From: Candidatus Eiseniibacteriota bacterium
GTDB taxonomy: Bacteria > Joyebacterota > Joyebacteria > Joyebacterales > Joyebacteraceae
Reading direction: 5' to 3'
Assembly (NCBI GenBank): GCA_030609365.1
Contig: JAUWCJ010000002.1
Coordinates: 41 to 64,040 of the forward strand
Length of the DNA: 64,000 bases
Under the pieces are notes generated by a model, which saw only the letters and a list, made by a program, of their open reading frames with translations, was not told the origin of the DNA and did not search any database. Made by a program: the position numbers and the translations under genes. Positions 1 through 9,726 of the stretch are shown here, in pieces. Numbering within the stretch: the stretch's first letter is position 1; the number at the start of each line of letters is the position of its first letter.

Positions 1-279
1 TTCATGCGATGCGACAAGCCGTTGCCGATGGGAGTGGTGTACCGGTTCCTGCGCCAAGAAGCCGTGGGGAACCGCGGCCACCAAGCCCCACGTCGTGATG
101 GATTGCCGGATGCTCCTAATCCTCCGGATCACGTGGCGAGAGCGATGGCGGCGGGAACGAACCCATAAGAGAAGGACCTCCTCCGCCGGATGGTGAAGAA
201 GGTCCTCGTCCACAGCCGCCGAACCATCGAGATCTGGTACGCGTTACCGAACCCTCAACGGTTCGAAGACTGGAACAAT

Positions 280-355
280 TGGCTCCTCGGGTAGGACTTG
301 AACCTACAACCCTCCGGTTAACAGCCGGATGCTCTACCATTGAGCTACCGAGGAG
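280..355 (-). tRNA. tRNA-Asn (anticodon GTT)
   Basis: Reverse complement folds as a cloverleaf. Acceptor stem TCCTCGG/CCGAGGA, D-arm TAGCTCAATGGTAGAGC, anticodon stem CCGG/CCGG with loop CTGTTAA (GTT), T-arm GGTTCAAGTCC, discriminator G plus encoded CCA. The shadow ORFs here translate the typical 'GLEPTT' tRNA artefact. Confidence 0.9.
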
Positions 356-468
356 AATATTGAACTGTGTTCAAGAGGGCGCGGCCCCGGACCATTCTGC
401 CCGGAATCCCGCGCCCGTCCAAACACAGATTCTAGCAACGAGAAGACCTCCTGTCAAACCGAATCGGC

Positions 469-1866
469 TCAGCCCTGGGCGCCGGCCACGGCGGGCCACC
501 GCCTGGCCTCGCCGCTATCCGTGTCCCCCGCTCCCCGCTGCGCCGCCAGCTCCGCGACGCTGATTACGGCCACGTCCATTCCGGCCTGCGCGAGCATGTC
601 CGAGAGCTGCATCACACACGCCTGGCACTCGGTGGTCACGATATCCACATCGGCGTCTCGGATGGCCTCCACCTTCCGTCGCCCGACAGCCTTCGAGAGG
701 TCGTAGTGCGACAGAGAGAAGGACCCGCCCCCTCCACAGCACCGGTCGGCGTCCCTCATCTCCACGAACTCCACCCAGGGTATGGCACGCAGGATCTGCC
801 GCGGCTCCTCGTAGACACCCTGGCCGCGCACGAGATGACACGGGTCGTGGTACGTGACCCGGACCCGCGTAGACGATGGAGCTACCTCCGAGGGCTCAGC
901 TGACGCAGAGAACCCGGCCGACTCAGAGGGTTCGGCTACCTCACGCGACTCGGATGCCGCCCCTCCCCTGAGAACAAGATACTCCGTGAGATCGTAGACG
1001 GGCATGCCCACCCCGTCCTCAAATCCGAGCAGCTCCGCATACTCACGCTTGAGCGTGAGGCCGCACGACGCGCACGCGGTCACAACGGCCTCCGCGCCGC
1101 TCGCGCGCAGTGCCTCGATATTGCGTGTGGCCATCTCCCTCGCCGTGACGAAATCGCCCGCGTTGAAGACCGGAGTCCCGCAGCAACCCTGCGACTTCGG
1201 GACAACCACGTCGACCCCCGCGCGGTTCAACATCTCGATGGCGGCGCGGGCGCTCTCCGGGTAGATGAGATTGGCGGCGCAGCCGACGAAGTAGGCGACG
1301 CGGGGGCGGCCGTCGGATGCCGCAACGGTGTCGGGCGCCGGAATAACCTCAGGGACAGTCTCCATGAACGTGGCGCGCGCGAACTGGGGGAACACCCTGT
1401 CACGGTCGATGCCCACGGCCGGGAGCAGCAGTCTGAAGGGGCTGTTCTTCGGCAGCCCTCTCAGCACGAATCGCTGAAAGAACGCTGCCGTCTTCCCCAC
1501 CGGAGGAAGCAGCCTGCCGCGGCGAAGCAGATGGCGGAAGATGAAACGCTTGATGAACGGGAGCCGTCCGGCCTCGACGAGGCCGCTCCTGGCGGACAGG
1601 ATCAGGTCGTCGACGCGCACGTCGTTCGGGCACACATCGATGCACGCCTTGCAGTTGAGGCAGAGCTGTATCCGCTCGTCGAAGATCTCGGTGAGACCGA
1701 GCTCCCCATCGAGCACGGCACGAATCAGCGCGACCTTACCGCGCGCGACGGAGTCCTCCCGCCCGATCTCCGCGAAGATGGGACACACAGCCCGACAGTT
1801 GCCGCAACTCCGGCACTTGTCCGCGATGTCCCGCCGTCGGCTGAGTTCCGTACCGGGCTCTCTCAT
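469..1866 (-). CDS. (Fe-S)-binding oxidoreductase, GlcF/LutA-like (two 4Fe-4S ferredoxin motifs plus Cys-rich CCG domains)
   Basis: 465-aa ORF. CxxCxxCxxxCP motifs (CRSCGNCRAVCP, CLNCKACIDVCP) and C-terminal CCG-type cysteine clusters (DPCH, TTECQAC). 4-nt ATGA overlap with the upstream FAD subunit. Confidence 0.8.
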   Translation of the reverse strand: MREPGTELSRRRDIADKCRSCGNCRAVCPIFAEIGREDSVARGKVALIRAVLDGELGLTEIFDERIQLCLNCKACIDVCPNDVRVDDLILSARSGLVEAGRLPFIKRFIFRHLLRRGRLLPPVGKTAAFFQRFVLRGLPKNSPFRLLLPAVGIDRDRVFPQFARATFMETVPEVIPAPDTVAASDGRPRVAYFVGCAANLIYPESARAAIEMLNRAGVDVVVPKSQGCCGTPVFNAGDFVTAREMATRNIEALRASGAEAVVTACASCGLTLKREYAELLGFEDGVGMPVYDLTEYLVLRGGAASESREVAEPSESAGFSASAEPSEVAPSSTRVRVTYHDPCHLVRGQGVYEEPRQILRAIPWVEFVEMRDADRCCGGGGSFSLSHYDLSKAVGRRKVEAIRDADVDIVTTECQACVMQLSDMLAQAGMDVAVISVAELAAQRGAGDTDSGEARRWPAVAGAQG

Positions 1867-2747
1867 AACCGCGCCTCGCTGGGCAAGAGAGATGTCACGT
1901 CAGGGAACACACCGTCGGGGTCGAGCTCACGTTTGAGGCGTTCGAGCAGGAGGAGCGCGCCGTCCGCGCCGCTGGCGGTTCCGGACGCACCGGCGCTGTC
2001 AGTCGCGCCGTCCACGCCGCTGCCGGTCTCAGCCGCTCCGTCGCCACTGCCCGTTCGTGCGCCCGAGTCGGCCACGGGCGCCATCCCCTCGAAGTCTTTC
2101 CGGTAGCGCTCAAGAACCGACTCGCGATTGGCCGCCGCCTCCAGGCGCAGCGTCAGCGACGTCACGATACCAAGGACACCGCACGAACCCACCATCAGCT
2201 GCTTGAGATCGTATCCGGTCACGCACTTGACCGTCCTGGAACCCGCGCGAAGCAGAGACCCGTCCGCCATCACGGCCGCAAGCGCGAGCAGATACCGTCG
2301 CGTGAGGTTCCCCTCCATCGTCCAGCCGCCAGGCAGACGCGCGATGATGTCGCCGATCATGTCGTCGGGAGCACAGAAGGAGGAAGGAGGCCAGCAGAGC
2401 CCGTCGGCAGCGACGCGCTCCTCGAGGGCCGCGACCGTCACGCCGGCCCCGACCACGGCCATGAGGTCAGCGGGTGCGACTTCGTCTACGTCGCACAGCC
2501 GCTCAGGAGAGAGGTGAAGCACGGAGCCACCGTCCCCGGTCTCAGCCCAGTGCGGCGTCACGACCCAGCCCTCGTCCCTGGCCAGGTTGACGACCGCGGC
2601 GACTTCCTGCGCACTTGCGGGCAGAGCTGTCGCCCTGCCCGTCTCTTCTCTCAACTGGACACCGATGGCAGAGAGCCTGTCTCGCATGCATCTCCCCGTG
2701 AGCCACGGACGCCCGCGATGGGCACCGCCGACGCCCGTGACGAACAA
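1863..2747 (-). CDS. FAD-binding oxidoreductase, GlcE-like (PCMH-type FAD-binding domain)
   Basis: 294-aa ORF with an FAD-binding PCMH fold pattern (AAVVNLARDEGWVVTPHW..GGS; GVLGIVTSLTLRL). Translationally coupled to the downstream Fe-S subunit. The true start may lie a little downstream. Confidence 0.7.
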   Translation of the reverse strand: MFVTGVGGAHRGRPWLTGRCMRDRLSAIGVQLREETGRATALPASAQEVAAVVNLARDEGWVVTPHWAETGDGGSVLHLSPERLCDVDEVAPADLMAVVGAGVTVAALEERVAADGLCWPPSSFCAPDDMIGDIIARLPGGWTMEGNLTRRYLLALAAVMADGSLLRAGSRTVKCVTGYDLKQLMVGSCGVLGIVTSLTLRLEAAANRESVLERYRKDFEGMAPVADSGARTGSGDGAAETGSGVDGATDSAGASGTASGADGALLLLERLKRELDPDGVFPDVTSLLPSEARL

Positions 2748-2753
2748 CCCACG

Positions 2754-5700
2754 CTACCTGTTGACGCGAGGCCCCCTAGCCACGACCATGCGGCCGACGT
2801 TGCTGGCCGCCGTCGTGCCGTCCTCGCCGCGCGCTTCCACGACGTAGAGGTAGAGCCCGTTGGCCACGAGATCTCCGTCCGCGTCGACGGCATCCCACTC
2901 GACCTCGTTGTAGTTGAGGTCTCCCGTAGCGTAGTCAATGGTCCTGATGAGGCGCCCGCCGACCGTGTAGATGTCGATGCGCACGTCGGCGCCGCTCTGG
3001 TTCAGCCAATAGATGATCTTCGTCGTGTCGTGGAAGGGATTCGGGTAATTGATGACTTTCTCAAGCGTGATCTTCTCCTGCCCGACAACGTGGACGACGA
3101 AGACTCCCGTATGACCGTTGACATCGGTCGCGGATATCTTGATGTCGTACGATTCAAACACTATCGTCGTCTCGTATGTCAGTCGGTACCACCTGCCGAG
3201 TTCGCCCAGTGTGTCGCCGACGGCCTCGACCGTGTAGAAGTCAGGATCAACGACGCCGTCGAGGTCCTCCACGACGATGCTCGCCGGGTCGATTTCCACC
3301 TCGTCGATGATATCGGCGACGAACGTCACGGGCTGTCCGTCGCTCGCTTCGAGATACTCCCCGCTCAGGATCGGCACGCCATCGGCCGTGACCTGCATGG
3401 TCGGCGGGCTCATCTCCACGTGCAGGAGCGGGTCACCGAGAAGGACGTAGGTTCGCGCGGGTCGCGAGCTTCCCGCGGCCGTGATGTAGTTCACCGTGCC
3501 CGTGCCCAGGATCGAACCCAGCGTCCAACGAGGCCAGAAGTAGTCCGACGGCGGTCCGGCGGGGGTCTCGGCCTCGAAGAACGCCTCGAAGATGGCACGG
3601 TTGAACTTCGCGTTGCTGCTGAGCTGGGCCGCTCCCGCGCACGCAAAACCGGCCACGGCGCCGCGGCCGGCCGGGAGGTTCATCAGCTGCTCAACGATGC
3701 ATTCGTAGCCGTTGGTCGTTCCCTCCTTGTAGCTGTGGAACTCCGCCAGATGACAGGAGAACCCGAGGAAGATGAACGGCATGCCGTCGTTGCGAAGGTC
3801 ACCGAGGTCGTTCTGGATCGCCCTCCCTGCCTCGATCACCTGCTCGTGTGCCATCAGCGAGCGGTTGCCGTGTCCCTGGAAATTGACAATCACCGCTCCC
3901 TCACTGAGTTCGCTCAGCAGGTAGGGCGTCAGAGTGCCTCGGACGTACGGGTAGACTTCATAGAAGAAGTAGTCCCACGGCTGCGGATCGTGCGTCACAC
4001 CGTTGGACTCGTGGAACTCATCCGTGTAGCGCCTGAGCATGAAGAGCGTCGTGTCGATGCCCGCGGGGGACGCAGCGACCATCTCCGAAAGCTCGACGCA
4101 GATGTCTGTGAACTCGTGCCAGCTCCACCCCCACGAGTAGCTGCTCCCGTACGTCGCGTAGTGCCACTGGTCGTCGCCGATGAAGTAGACATTGTTGCGC
4201 CACCGCTCGTTCGGCGCATAGTTCTCGTAGGAGAGGATCTTCGAGACGAGGTTGTCCAGCTGCGTTGTGCCACCGACCGACAGCCGTCCTATGAACATCC
4301 GCGGGAAGTAGAAGGAACCCTCGTCCGAAGAGACGAACCACTGGTCACTAGCGGTCATCTGTGGGTAGCCGGAGCTTCCATGTCCAAGGACGGTCGGGAT
4401 GAAATCCGGCTGGCTCGAGGACTCCGTCCCTTTGGGGTCCGTGGTGGCGTCGCCCACCAGCATCACGAACTGCGGCGTCCTGGTCCAGTTGGTGAACGCG
4501 TGATCGAAGTAGTTCTTGATGGCCTGGAGCGACTTGAGGCCGCCGCCGAACTCGTCATACACGTCGCTCACACGCGCGTGCGCCACGATCCACCCTTCGG
4601 ACTCGCGATGCGAGATCAGGCGCTCGGCACCGCTCGAGAAGTCGTCGTGAGAGACGACGATGAGGTCGGCCTCGTCTGCCCACAGGTTCGCGGGCTCGCG
4701 CCGCTCGACCTCCGTTACCGCGTGATAGCTTCCGCCCTCCGCCGACTCGTAGCGAGTGAACCCGGCCACGTCGTCCTGGAACGTCAGAGAGTAGTCGCTG
4801 CCCCCTCCGTCGATGTTCTCAGGGCCGAGGGTCAGCTCCGCGGTCGCGAACGGGTCCGTCACATCGAAGAGCCGGAGTTGGTCCGAACCGAAGTTCCCGA
4901 CCTCGAACTGCGCCACGCCGGTCTCCCCGGCGTTCGTGAAACCCAGCCTCCCGCCGCGCGCCGTGAACTCTCTGTCGTAGCCAAACTCGAACCAGTCGAG
5001 ATTCGCGCCGGAGTCCCCGCTGCCCGTCGCCCGGAGCGTGTGATCCCCGTCCGTGAAGTACGAGGTCGGGATCGGGCCGCCCTGATAGATGTCCTCGTCC
5101 ATGGTCTCGCTGATCCCGCTGAACGAGAACTGCCCAATGTAGTTGTCCTCGGTAGCGCCGTAGGCGATGCGGAAGTCGATGATGTGGAAACCGCTGGTCA
5201 GGCCCTGGTATCTCGCCCGCATGCGCGCGTCACCTGCGGCGTACACGTCGTAGAGCGTGAACGGGAGCGTGTAGTTGTCGCCGAAGTACAGGTACTTCGT
5301 CCAGTGGTAGAGATCCAGATCATCGTCGTCCGGCGCCACATCGAAGTAGGTGTCCTCCTCGAACCTCACCGTGTCCCGAAAGCTCGGAGGCGTCTCGAGG
5401 CCGATCTCGTCGAGCCACGCGGGCCTCGTGTCCATGCGGACGGCAAGATCCGCGTCCTGGGCGAACCAATAGGCGTTCTCGGAACCGTAGCGATCCTCAT
5501 ATCCGACGGGCATGTGCTGCTGTTCAAAGCTGAGCGCGTGGAAGAGAACGTAGTCCGCATCGTCGAAGAGTCCGTCCTCATCCGCGTCAATGACCGCTAT
5601 GGCAAGCCGCGTCTCCACGAACGGGTCGGGCTCGCCGGCGTCGTACGAGCGCTGGTAGACCGCAACCTCATCCACCGGAACGGTCGCGCCCAGTCCCTCC

Positions 5701-6491
5701 GACGAGAGCTCGGCGAACTCGAGACGGTGCATCCCGGACTCCGTGGTCAGAATTCTGTACGCCTCGTGGTCCCGCCTGACCCTCATCGCCGCGCGCCCAG
5801 GCTCGCTACGCGCCCGCCACTTCGCCGCCTGTCGGTGGTTCAGGACGGTCCTCGCGTAGGTCCTGTCCCATTCGGGCGCAGGGCTGACCGCATTCGTGAG
5901 GCCCGAGGGACGTTTCGTCTCGACGATGGAGATCCGGACGACGACCCTCCGATGAAGCGTCAGCGCGCCGGTCCGCGCGGAGTACTGGAAGGGATTGAGG
6001 ACGACACGGACGACCCGCTGATGCCGGAGCGTGCCCTGATCGCCGAGCTCCGCGACGGCTGCGGGGTACGTTCCTCCGCGGCTGTAGTACTCCTCATCGA
6101 TGGTGAACCGCTGAATCGGAGTGGCGAAATCGCCGTCCCCGAGTATCTCTTCCGCGGGCGACGGCTCGACACGATGCGACCCCAGGTCCTCTGTCTCGGC
6201 CGAGACGACCTCCAGGTGGAGCCGCGCGCCAAACGGTATTCCTACGAGGACGGCCTTCCTGGGAAGCAACGGCAGTCCAGCTACGTCGGTGTGGTCGTAC
6301 CGCGGCGCACCAACGCGTACATAGGACTCGCCACCGACCGCTATCTCCTCGAGGGAGAAGTCATCGGTGGCGAGCTCTATCAGTATCTCGTTGTCCTCGG
6401 AGTCGAGTACGCGCGCCTCGTTCACTGAAGCCGCGGGAACCGCCGTGAGAACGACAAACGCCACGGCCGCCCAGGTAGACCTGTGAAGCAT
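2754..6491 (-). CDS. Peptidase C25 (gingipain-family) protein with T9SS C-terminal sorting domain
   Basis: The ORF-track start (6818) is trimmed to the ATG at 6491, which begins a signal peptide (MLHRSTWAAVAFVVLTAVPAASV). C25 hallmark block LIVVSHDDFSSGAERLISHRESEGW...VYDEFGGG...AIKNYF...FVMLVGDATTDPKG. C-terminus YPNPFHDTTKIIYWL...VRIDIYTVGGRLIRTI...GLYLYVV is a Por_Secre_tail (T9SS CTD). Confidence 0.85.
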   Translation of the reverse strand: MLHRSTWAAVAFVVLTAVPAASVNEARVLDSEDNEILIELATDDFSLEEIAVGGESYVRVGAPRYDHTDVAGLPLLPRKAVLVGIPFGARLHLEVVSAETEDLGSHRVEPSPAEEILGDGDFATPIQRFTIDEEYYSRGGTYPAAVAELGDQGTLRHQRVVRVVLNPFQYSARTGALTLHRRVVVRISIVETKRPSGLTNAVSPAPEWDRTYARTVLNHRQAAKWRARSEPGRAAMRVRRDHEAYRILTTESGMHRLEFAELSSEGLGATVPVDEVAVYQRSYDAGEPDPFVETRLAIAVIDADEDGLFDDADYVLFHALSFEQQHMPVGYEDRYGSENAYWFAQDADLAVRMDTRPAWLDEIGLETPPSFRDTVRFEEDTYFDVAPDDDDLDLYHWTKYLYFGDNYTLPFTLYDVYAAGDARMRARYQGLTSGFHIIDFRIAYGATEDNYIGQFSFSGISETMDEDIYQGGPIPTSYFTDGDHTLRATGSGDSGANLDWFEFGYDREFTARGGRLGFTNAGETGVAQFEVGNFGSDQLRLFDVTDPFATAELTLGPENIDGGGSDYSLTFQDDVAGFTRYESAEGGSYHAVTEVERREPANLWADEADLIVVSHDDFSSGAERLISHRESEGWIVAHARVSDVYDEFGGGLKSLQAIKNYFDHAFTNWTRTPQFVMLVGDATTDPKGTESSSQPDFIPTVLGHGSSGYPQMTASDQWFVSSDEGSFYFPRMFIGRLSVGGTTQLDNLVSKILSYENYAPNERWRNNVYFIGDDQWHYATYGSSYSWGWSWHEFTDICVELSEMVAASPAGIDTTLFMLRRYTDEFHESNGVTHDPQPWDYFFYEVYPYVRGTLTPYLLSELSEGAVIVNFQGHGNRSLMAHEQVIEAGRAIQNDLGDLRNDGMPFIFLGFSCHLAEFHSYKEGTTNGYECIVEQLMNLPAGRGAVAGFACAGAAQLSSNAKFNRAIFEAFFEAETPAGPPSDYFWPRWTLGSILGTGTVNYITAAGSSRPARTYVLLGDPLLHVEMSPPTMQVTADGVPILSGEYLEASDGQPVTFVADIIDEVEIDPASIVVEDLDGVVDPDFYTVEAVGDTLGELGRWYRLTYETTIVFESYDIKISATDVNGHTGVFVVHVVGQEKITLEKVINYPNPFHDTTKIIYWLNQSGADVRIDIYTVGGRLIRTIDYATGDLNYNEVEWDAVDADGDLVANGLYLYVVEARGEDGTTAASNVGRMVVARGPRVNR

Positions 6492-6586
6492 CGTCTTGAA
6501 CCCCCCGTCAGCACGCCTTCCTCGCCATCCACGTCGGGTTCGCAAGCTCGTCTGAGCGACGGCGCAGTGTGCGCGCTCTCTCGCGC

Positions 6587-7948
6587 CTAGTGAGTGATCT
6601 GCGGCAGGTACACCGCGAAGTCGAAGTCCTCGCTGTTCTCGTCGTCGTGACAGCGCAGACACGTCGCGACCGTTACCTTCCCATACGAACCATCTCGAGC
6701 ATGGTCCGTGGCCTTCCCGTGACAGACCTCGCACTGGACGTTCCTCATGTTGCTCTGCACCCTGGCAGAGCCGTCGAGCGGAAGGTCCATGGAGCAGGTC
6801 GTGTGACATCTCAGACACGCGGGATTGGTGGATTGGTTCGCACGTTCCAGCGTCGCGAACGCCTTAGCATGTCTGGTCTGCGTCCACTGGTCCATCTGAG
6901 GCTGGTGACATCTCTGGCACGTCGCCCCCACGCCGAGGCAGTCCTCCGTGTACGGAACTGCCGCCTGCTCAGCGTCGGCGGCGGGTCTCCTCGCGGCCGC
7001 CCGACGCTTGTTCGCATCCTCTATGGCGACCTTGTGCTCTTTCAGAAGGAGCGCGACGGCCGCGTCCGACGGGACCTTGTCCCCGAGGTCGAACGTGTGA
7101 CCCGAGTACCCGAGGTAGGCGCTCTCCTCGTCGAACTGAAGGCGGTAGTCGCACATGCGCTGACCTTTGTATCCGGGCTGCATCAGGACCGTAGTGCCGA
7201 TCTCGAAAGACTTCGCGGAGTACTGGGCCGCGACCCCGATCAGCATGAAATCGATGCCCGGCATCTCCTCGGCCAGGAGCTTCGACTGCGCGAGTCCCAA
7301 CTGGCTCAGGAGAACGACGTAGTCCGCCTTTTTGTGGAGCTCCTCCACGACTGCCGGGAGGGTCTCCATGGGCTCACCGATGGTCACGCCGAGCTGCTCG
7401 ACCGTGTTGTGAGTCCTGATGTCCGCCTCGGGATCGAGCACTCCAGTGATACCGAACTTCACGCCGCCCCGCTCCAGGATCATGTAGGGTTCGACGAAAA
7501 GCTCGCCTGTCAATTCATCGTAGACGTTGGCCGACACGACCGGCAGGCCGTGGTCGGCGATCAGCCTCTTCAGGTACTCACCGCCCCTGAAGAGGTCGAA
7601 AGCTCCGATGGTCGTCGCCGCACACCCCGACTCCATCATGCCCTTCGCGGTCATCGCGTCGACAAGCTCGGACTCATACGACCTGCGCGTGACGAAACTG
7701 CCTCCGTCGAGATGAAGTATGTATGGGGTCTCCTGTGCTGTCTGGTTGATGTAGCCGGCCCTCCGGACCAGCCCGCCTTTCTGGCCCCCGTGTCAGCCAC
7801 ACGGCTCAAGTTCGCCGCGAGTGTCGGAGACCGCGAGAATGGCGATCTCGAACGGTCCGTCAGGCCGCTCGGCTCGCTGGATCACAGCGCAGCCTGCGGC
7901 GAGCATGACCAACAGCACTACGAGAAGAAGATTTCTGGTGAGAAACAC
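6587..7948 (-). CDS. Lipoprotein fusing a degenerate 5'-nucleotidase/metallophosphatase-like N-domain to a tetraheme cytochrome c C-domain; interrupted by one in-frame TGA at 7793-7795
   Basis: GTG at 7948 with GGAGG 6 nt upstream. It opens a lipoprotein signal (VFLTRNLLLVVLLVMLAAGC) then FEIAILAVSDTRGELEPCG-TGA-HGGQKGGLVRRAGYINQ..., in the same frame as the 355-aa ORF 6587..7654. The whole span is 1362 nt, exactly 454 codons. C-domain has four CxxCH motifs (CQRCH, CLRCH, CEVCH, CLRCH). The N-domain resembles the UshA/5'-NT fold but has lost its metal ligands (DTR for DxH, LDGG for GDxxD, GMME for GNHE). Confidence 0.5.
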
Positions 7949-8167
7949 GGCTGCCTCCTGAAGCCTCCACAGCTGGATGAGAGGGGTACCAACGCAATTT
8001 CCACATACAGATGCTATATGCTAACACGGTCCTCAGGGAGGCGCAAGACAGCTCTCCCCCCACGGGCTCTCCCCCCACGCTCTGCGGCCTCCTGCCACAA
8101 AACGACGGGACCCCGTGGACTTGCCAAGGGGTCCCGTTGAGCGTTCTTTCGTAGCTCGTGCTGCGAA

Positions 8168-8740
8168 CTACCTGTACAGGGCCTTGATGCCGCCCCAGGT
8201 CGCGTCCTCGGTCGGCGAGGCGCCGCAGTCACCGTCGGGGCAAAGACCGCCACCGACACTGCCGTGCGACAGCACGCAGTAGAAGTCGTAGTCCACCGGC
8301 TCGTTGCAGTCCGTGATCCAACGAGGATAGTCCGGGTGGTCCAGAATCTCGATGCAGCACTCACCACCAATGTAGAACAGCGTCAGGTAACCGACGCAAA
8401 CGTCCGGCGGCGCTTCGCAGCCGGTCGACGATACCGTGATACCCGTGAAGATGTCGCCGATCGCCAGACCGCCAGGAAGGATGTTCGTGAAGCTCGGCGG
8501 GGCGAAGACGCCCGGACAACTAACCCCCGGGTCCTGAATCGCAAACGATGCCGACGTAAGACCCTGGTCCAGATCGCCGAAGCAGATGTAGGCGTCGAAG
8601 GTCTCGTACGGAGCCGGCACGTACGCGTGCACCTTGTCCGGCGGATTGAAATCAATGTAAGCACTAACGTTGGGGTTGCCGCCGGCCAGGGCCGGAACCG
8701 CGACCGCCGCGATCATAAGCAGCGTAAGAAAAGTCCTCAT
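8168..8740 (-). CDS. Secreted Cys-rich hypothetical protein, paralog A, ending ...TWGGIKALYR
   Basis: ATG at 8740 with AAGGAG 8 nt upstream (the ORF-track start 8776 lies further 5'). Signal peptide MRTFLTLLMIAAVAVPALAGG. About 45% identical to the protein at 10186..10791 (shared FTN(I/L)LPG.LAIG, LDHP.Y.RW...C.EPVDYD..CV..HG). Conserved C-terminal tail. Confidence 0.7.
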   Translation of the reverse strand: MRTFLTLLMIAAVAVPALAGGNPNVSAYIDFNPPDKVHAYVPAPYETFDAYICFGDLDQGLTSASFAIQDPGVSCPGVFAPPSFTNILPGGLAIGDIFTGITVSSTGCEAPPDVCVGYLTLFYIGGECCIEILDHPDYPRWITDCNEPVDYDFYCVLSHGSVGGGLCPDGDCGASPTEDATWGGIKALYR

Positions 8741-8964
8741 CTGTGCAACTCCTTGCTCTCGACTGATGCGATGCATGATGTCTCACCAACACTCGTCATC
8801 CGAAACAGTAGTGTGGTGCTAACGTGCCATCCTTCCTACTTCTTCCTTCCTACTTCTTGCATTGACCACACGCTCTATCTCAAGTTTGAGTCGGGAAATA
8901 GAACGAAAGCCTCAATGCGTGCACATCAACCTCATCACGACGCCCGTGCAATCCAACTCGGCCG

Positions 8965-9534
8965 CTAGTGACCGAAGTGACCCGCAAACGTAACGAAATC
9001 GAGCGGATTGATCGTTCCGTTCCAGTCGAAGTCGCTGCGCTCGTTCGTGCCGCCAAAGTCGCTGGCGAACGTAACGAAGTCGAGCGGGTCTATCGTGCCG
9101 TCGTCATTGTAGTCGAACGTGTTGCACCACAGCGTATCACTGTCGGTCAGCACGACCGTGTAGATCTGGACGTCGACTGTCAGGGAACCGTACATAATGG
9201 CACCTGTGCCCTGCGCCTCAAACCTAATGGCGCCGCCAGCGTCCGTCTCGGCGTCTACGGCGTTGATCGAGACATTGCCGCTCCCGGCGCCCGTGACCGT
9301 GAAGAAGAAGTTCCCCGACGAGATCCCCTGGATCGGAGTCAGGTCGGTGCGAAGCGCGGTCACAGTGATATACCGGTACGCGGGTCCATCGCCGGCCGGG
9401 CACGTGCTCAGTCCCTTGCCGCCGTTGTCCATCGCTACGTACGAGTTATCTGCATCGGGAATACCAGCTCCAGCGACGGTCGCCATGACCAAGACCAGGC
9501 AACCTGCCAGAACGCCCACCAGTGTTCTTGACAT
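8965..9534 (-). CDS. Secreted protein with two C-terminal dockerin-type calcium-binding repeats
   Basis: Signal peptide (MSRTLVGVLAGCLVLVMATVAGA). Two repeats, DYNDDGTIDPLDFVTFASDFG and DFDWNGTINPLDFVTFAGHFG, match the dockerin motif DxNxDGxIxxxD...F. GGAGG lies 7 nt before the ATG. Confidence 0.7.
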   Translation of the reverse strand: MSRTLVGVLAGCLVLVMATVAGAGIPDADNSYVAMDNGGKGLSTCPAGDGPAYRYITVTALRTDLTPIQGISSGNFFFTVTGAGSGNVSINAVDAETDAGGAIRFEAQGTGAIMYGSLTVDVQIYTVVLTDSDTLWCNTFDYNDDGTIDPLDFVTFASDFGGTNERSDFDWNGTINPLDFVTFAGHFGH

Positions 9535-9697
9535 TTCTTTACCTCCTTCGTACCACTAAACGCGCTGGGATTGCACGCACTTCAGGGCCCATCAATGACA
9601 GACCCACAAAAAGACCTGCGAGGCGTCATCTACCTCCTTTCGAGATAGTCCTGCCCACGGTTGATAATGTCAGTTACCACTTCAGAAACTAGTGCTA

Positions 9698-9726
9698 ATC
9701 TTAGCACAGCTTGGACTTCTTTGCAA
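9698..9726 (-). promoter_or_regulatory. Putative sigma70-type promoter for the dockerin-protein gene; a 16-bp perfect palindrome overlaps the -10
   Basis: On the minus strand: TTGCAA, a 17-nt spacer, then TAAGAT. The palindrome GTGCTAATCTTAGCAC (9692-9707) overlaps the -10, in an AT-richer stretch about 160 nt upstream of the ATG. Confidence 0.35.

Noticed and set aside
1-168. Open frame running off the left edge (…FMRCDKPLPMGVVYRFLRQEAVGNRGHQAPRRDGLPDAPNPPDHVARAMAAGTNP*), followed by a hairpin at about 172-206
   Set aside because: Only 55 codons are visible, with no recognisable motif. It could be the 3' end of a real gene, but cannot be supported from this fragment.
116-563. ORFs 116..340 (-) and 279..563 (+) overlapping tRNA-Asn
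   Set aside because: The plus ORF begins by translating the tRNA itself ('GLEPTTLRLTAGCSTIELP', the classic tRNA translation artefact). Neither has an SD or any similarity.
2514-6428. 1304-aa plus-strand ORF antisense to the C25 peptidase gene. Similar long antisense ORFs occur at 6569..8140, 10177..11001, 14387..15418, 16621..17862, 22404..23417, 29751..30995 and 31952..32959.
   Set aside because: Long shadow ORFs are expected on the antisense strand of high-GC genes. Their translations are low-complexity and Arg/Ala/Pro-rich with no domain signatures, and each fully overlaps a well-supported minus-strand gene.
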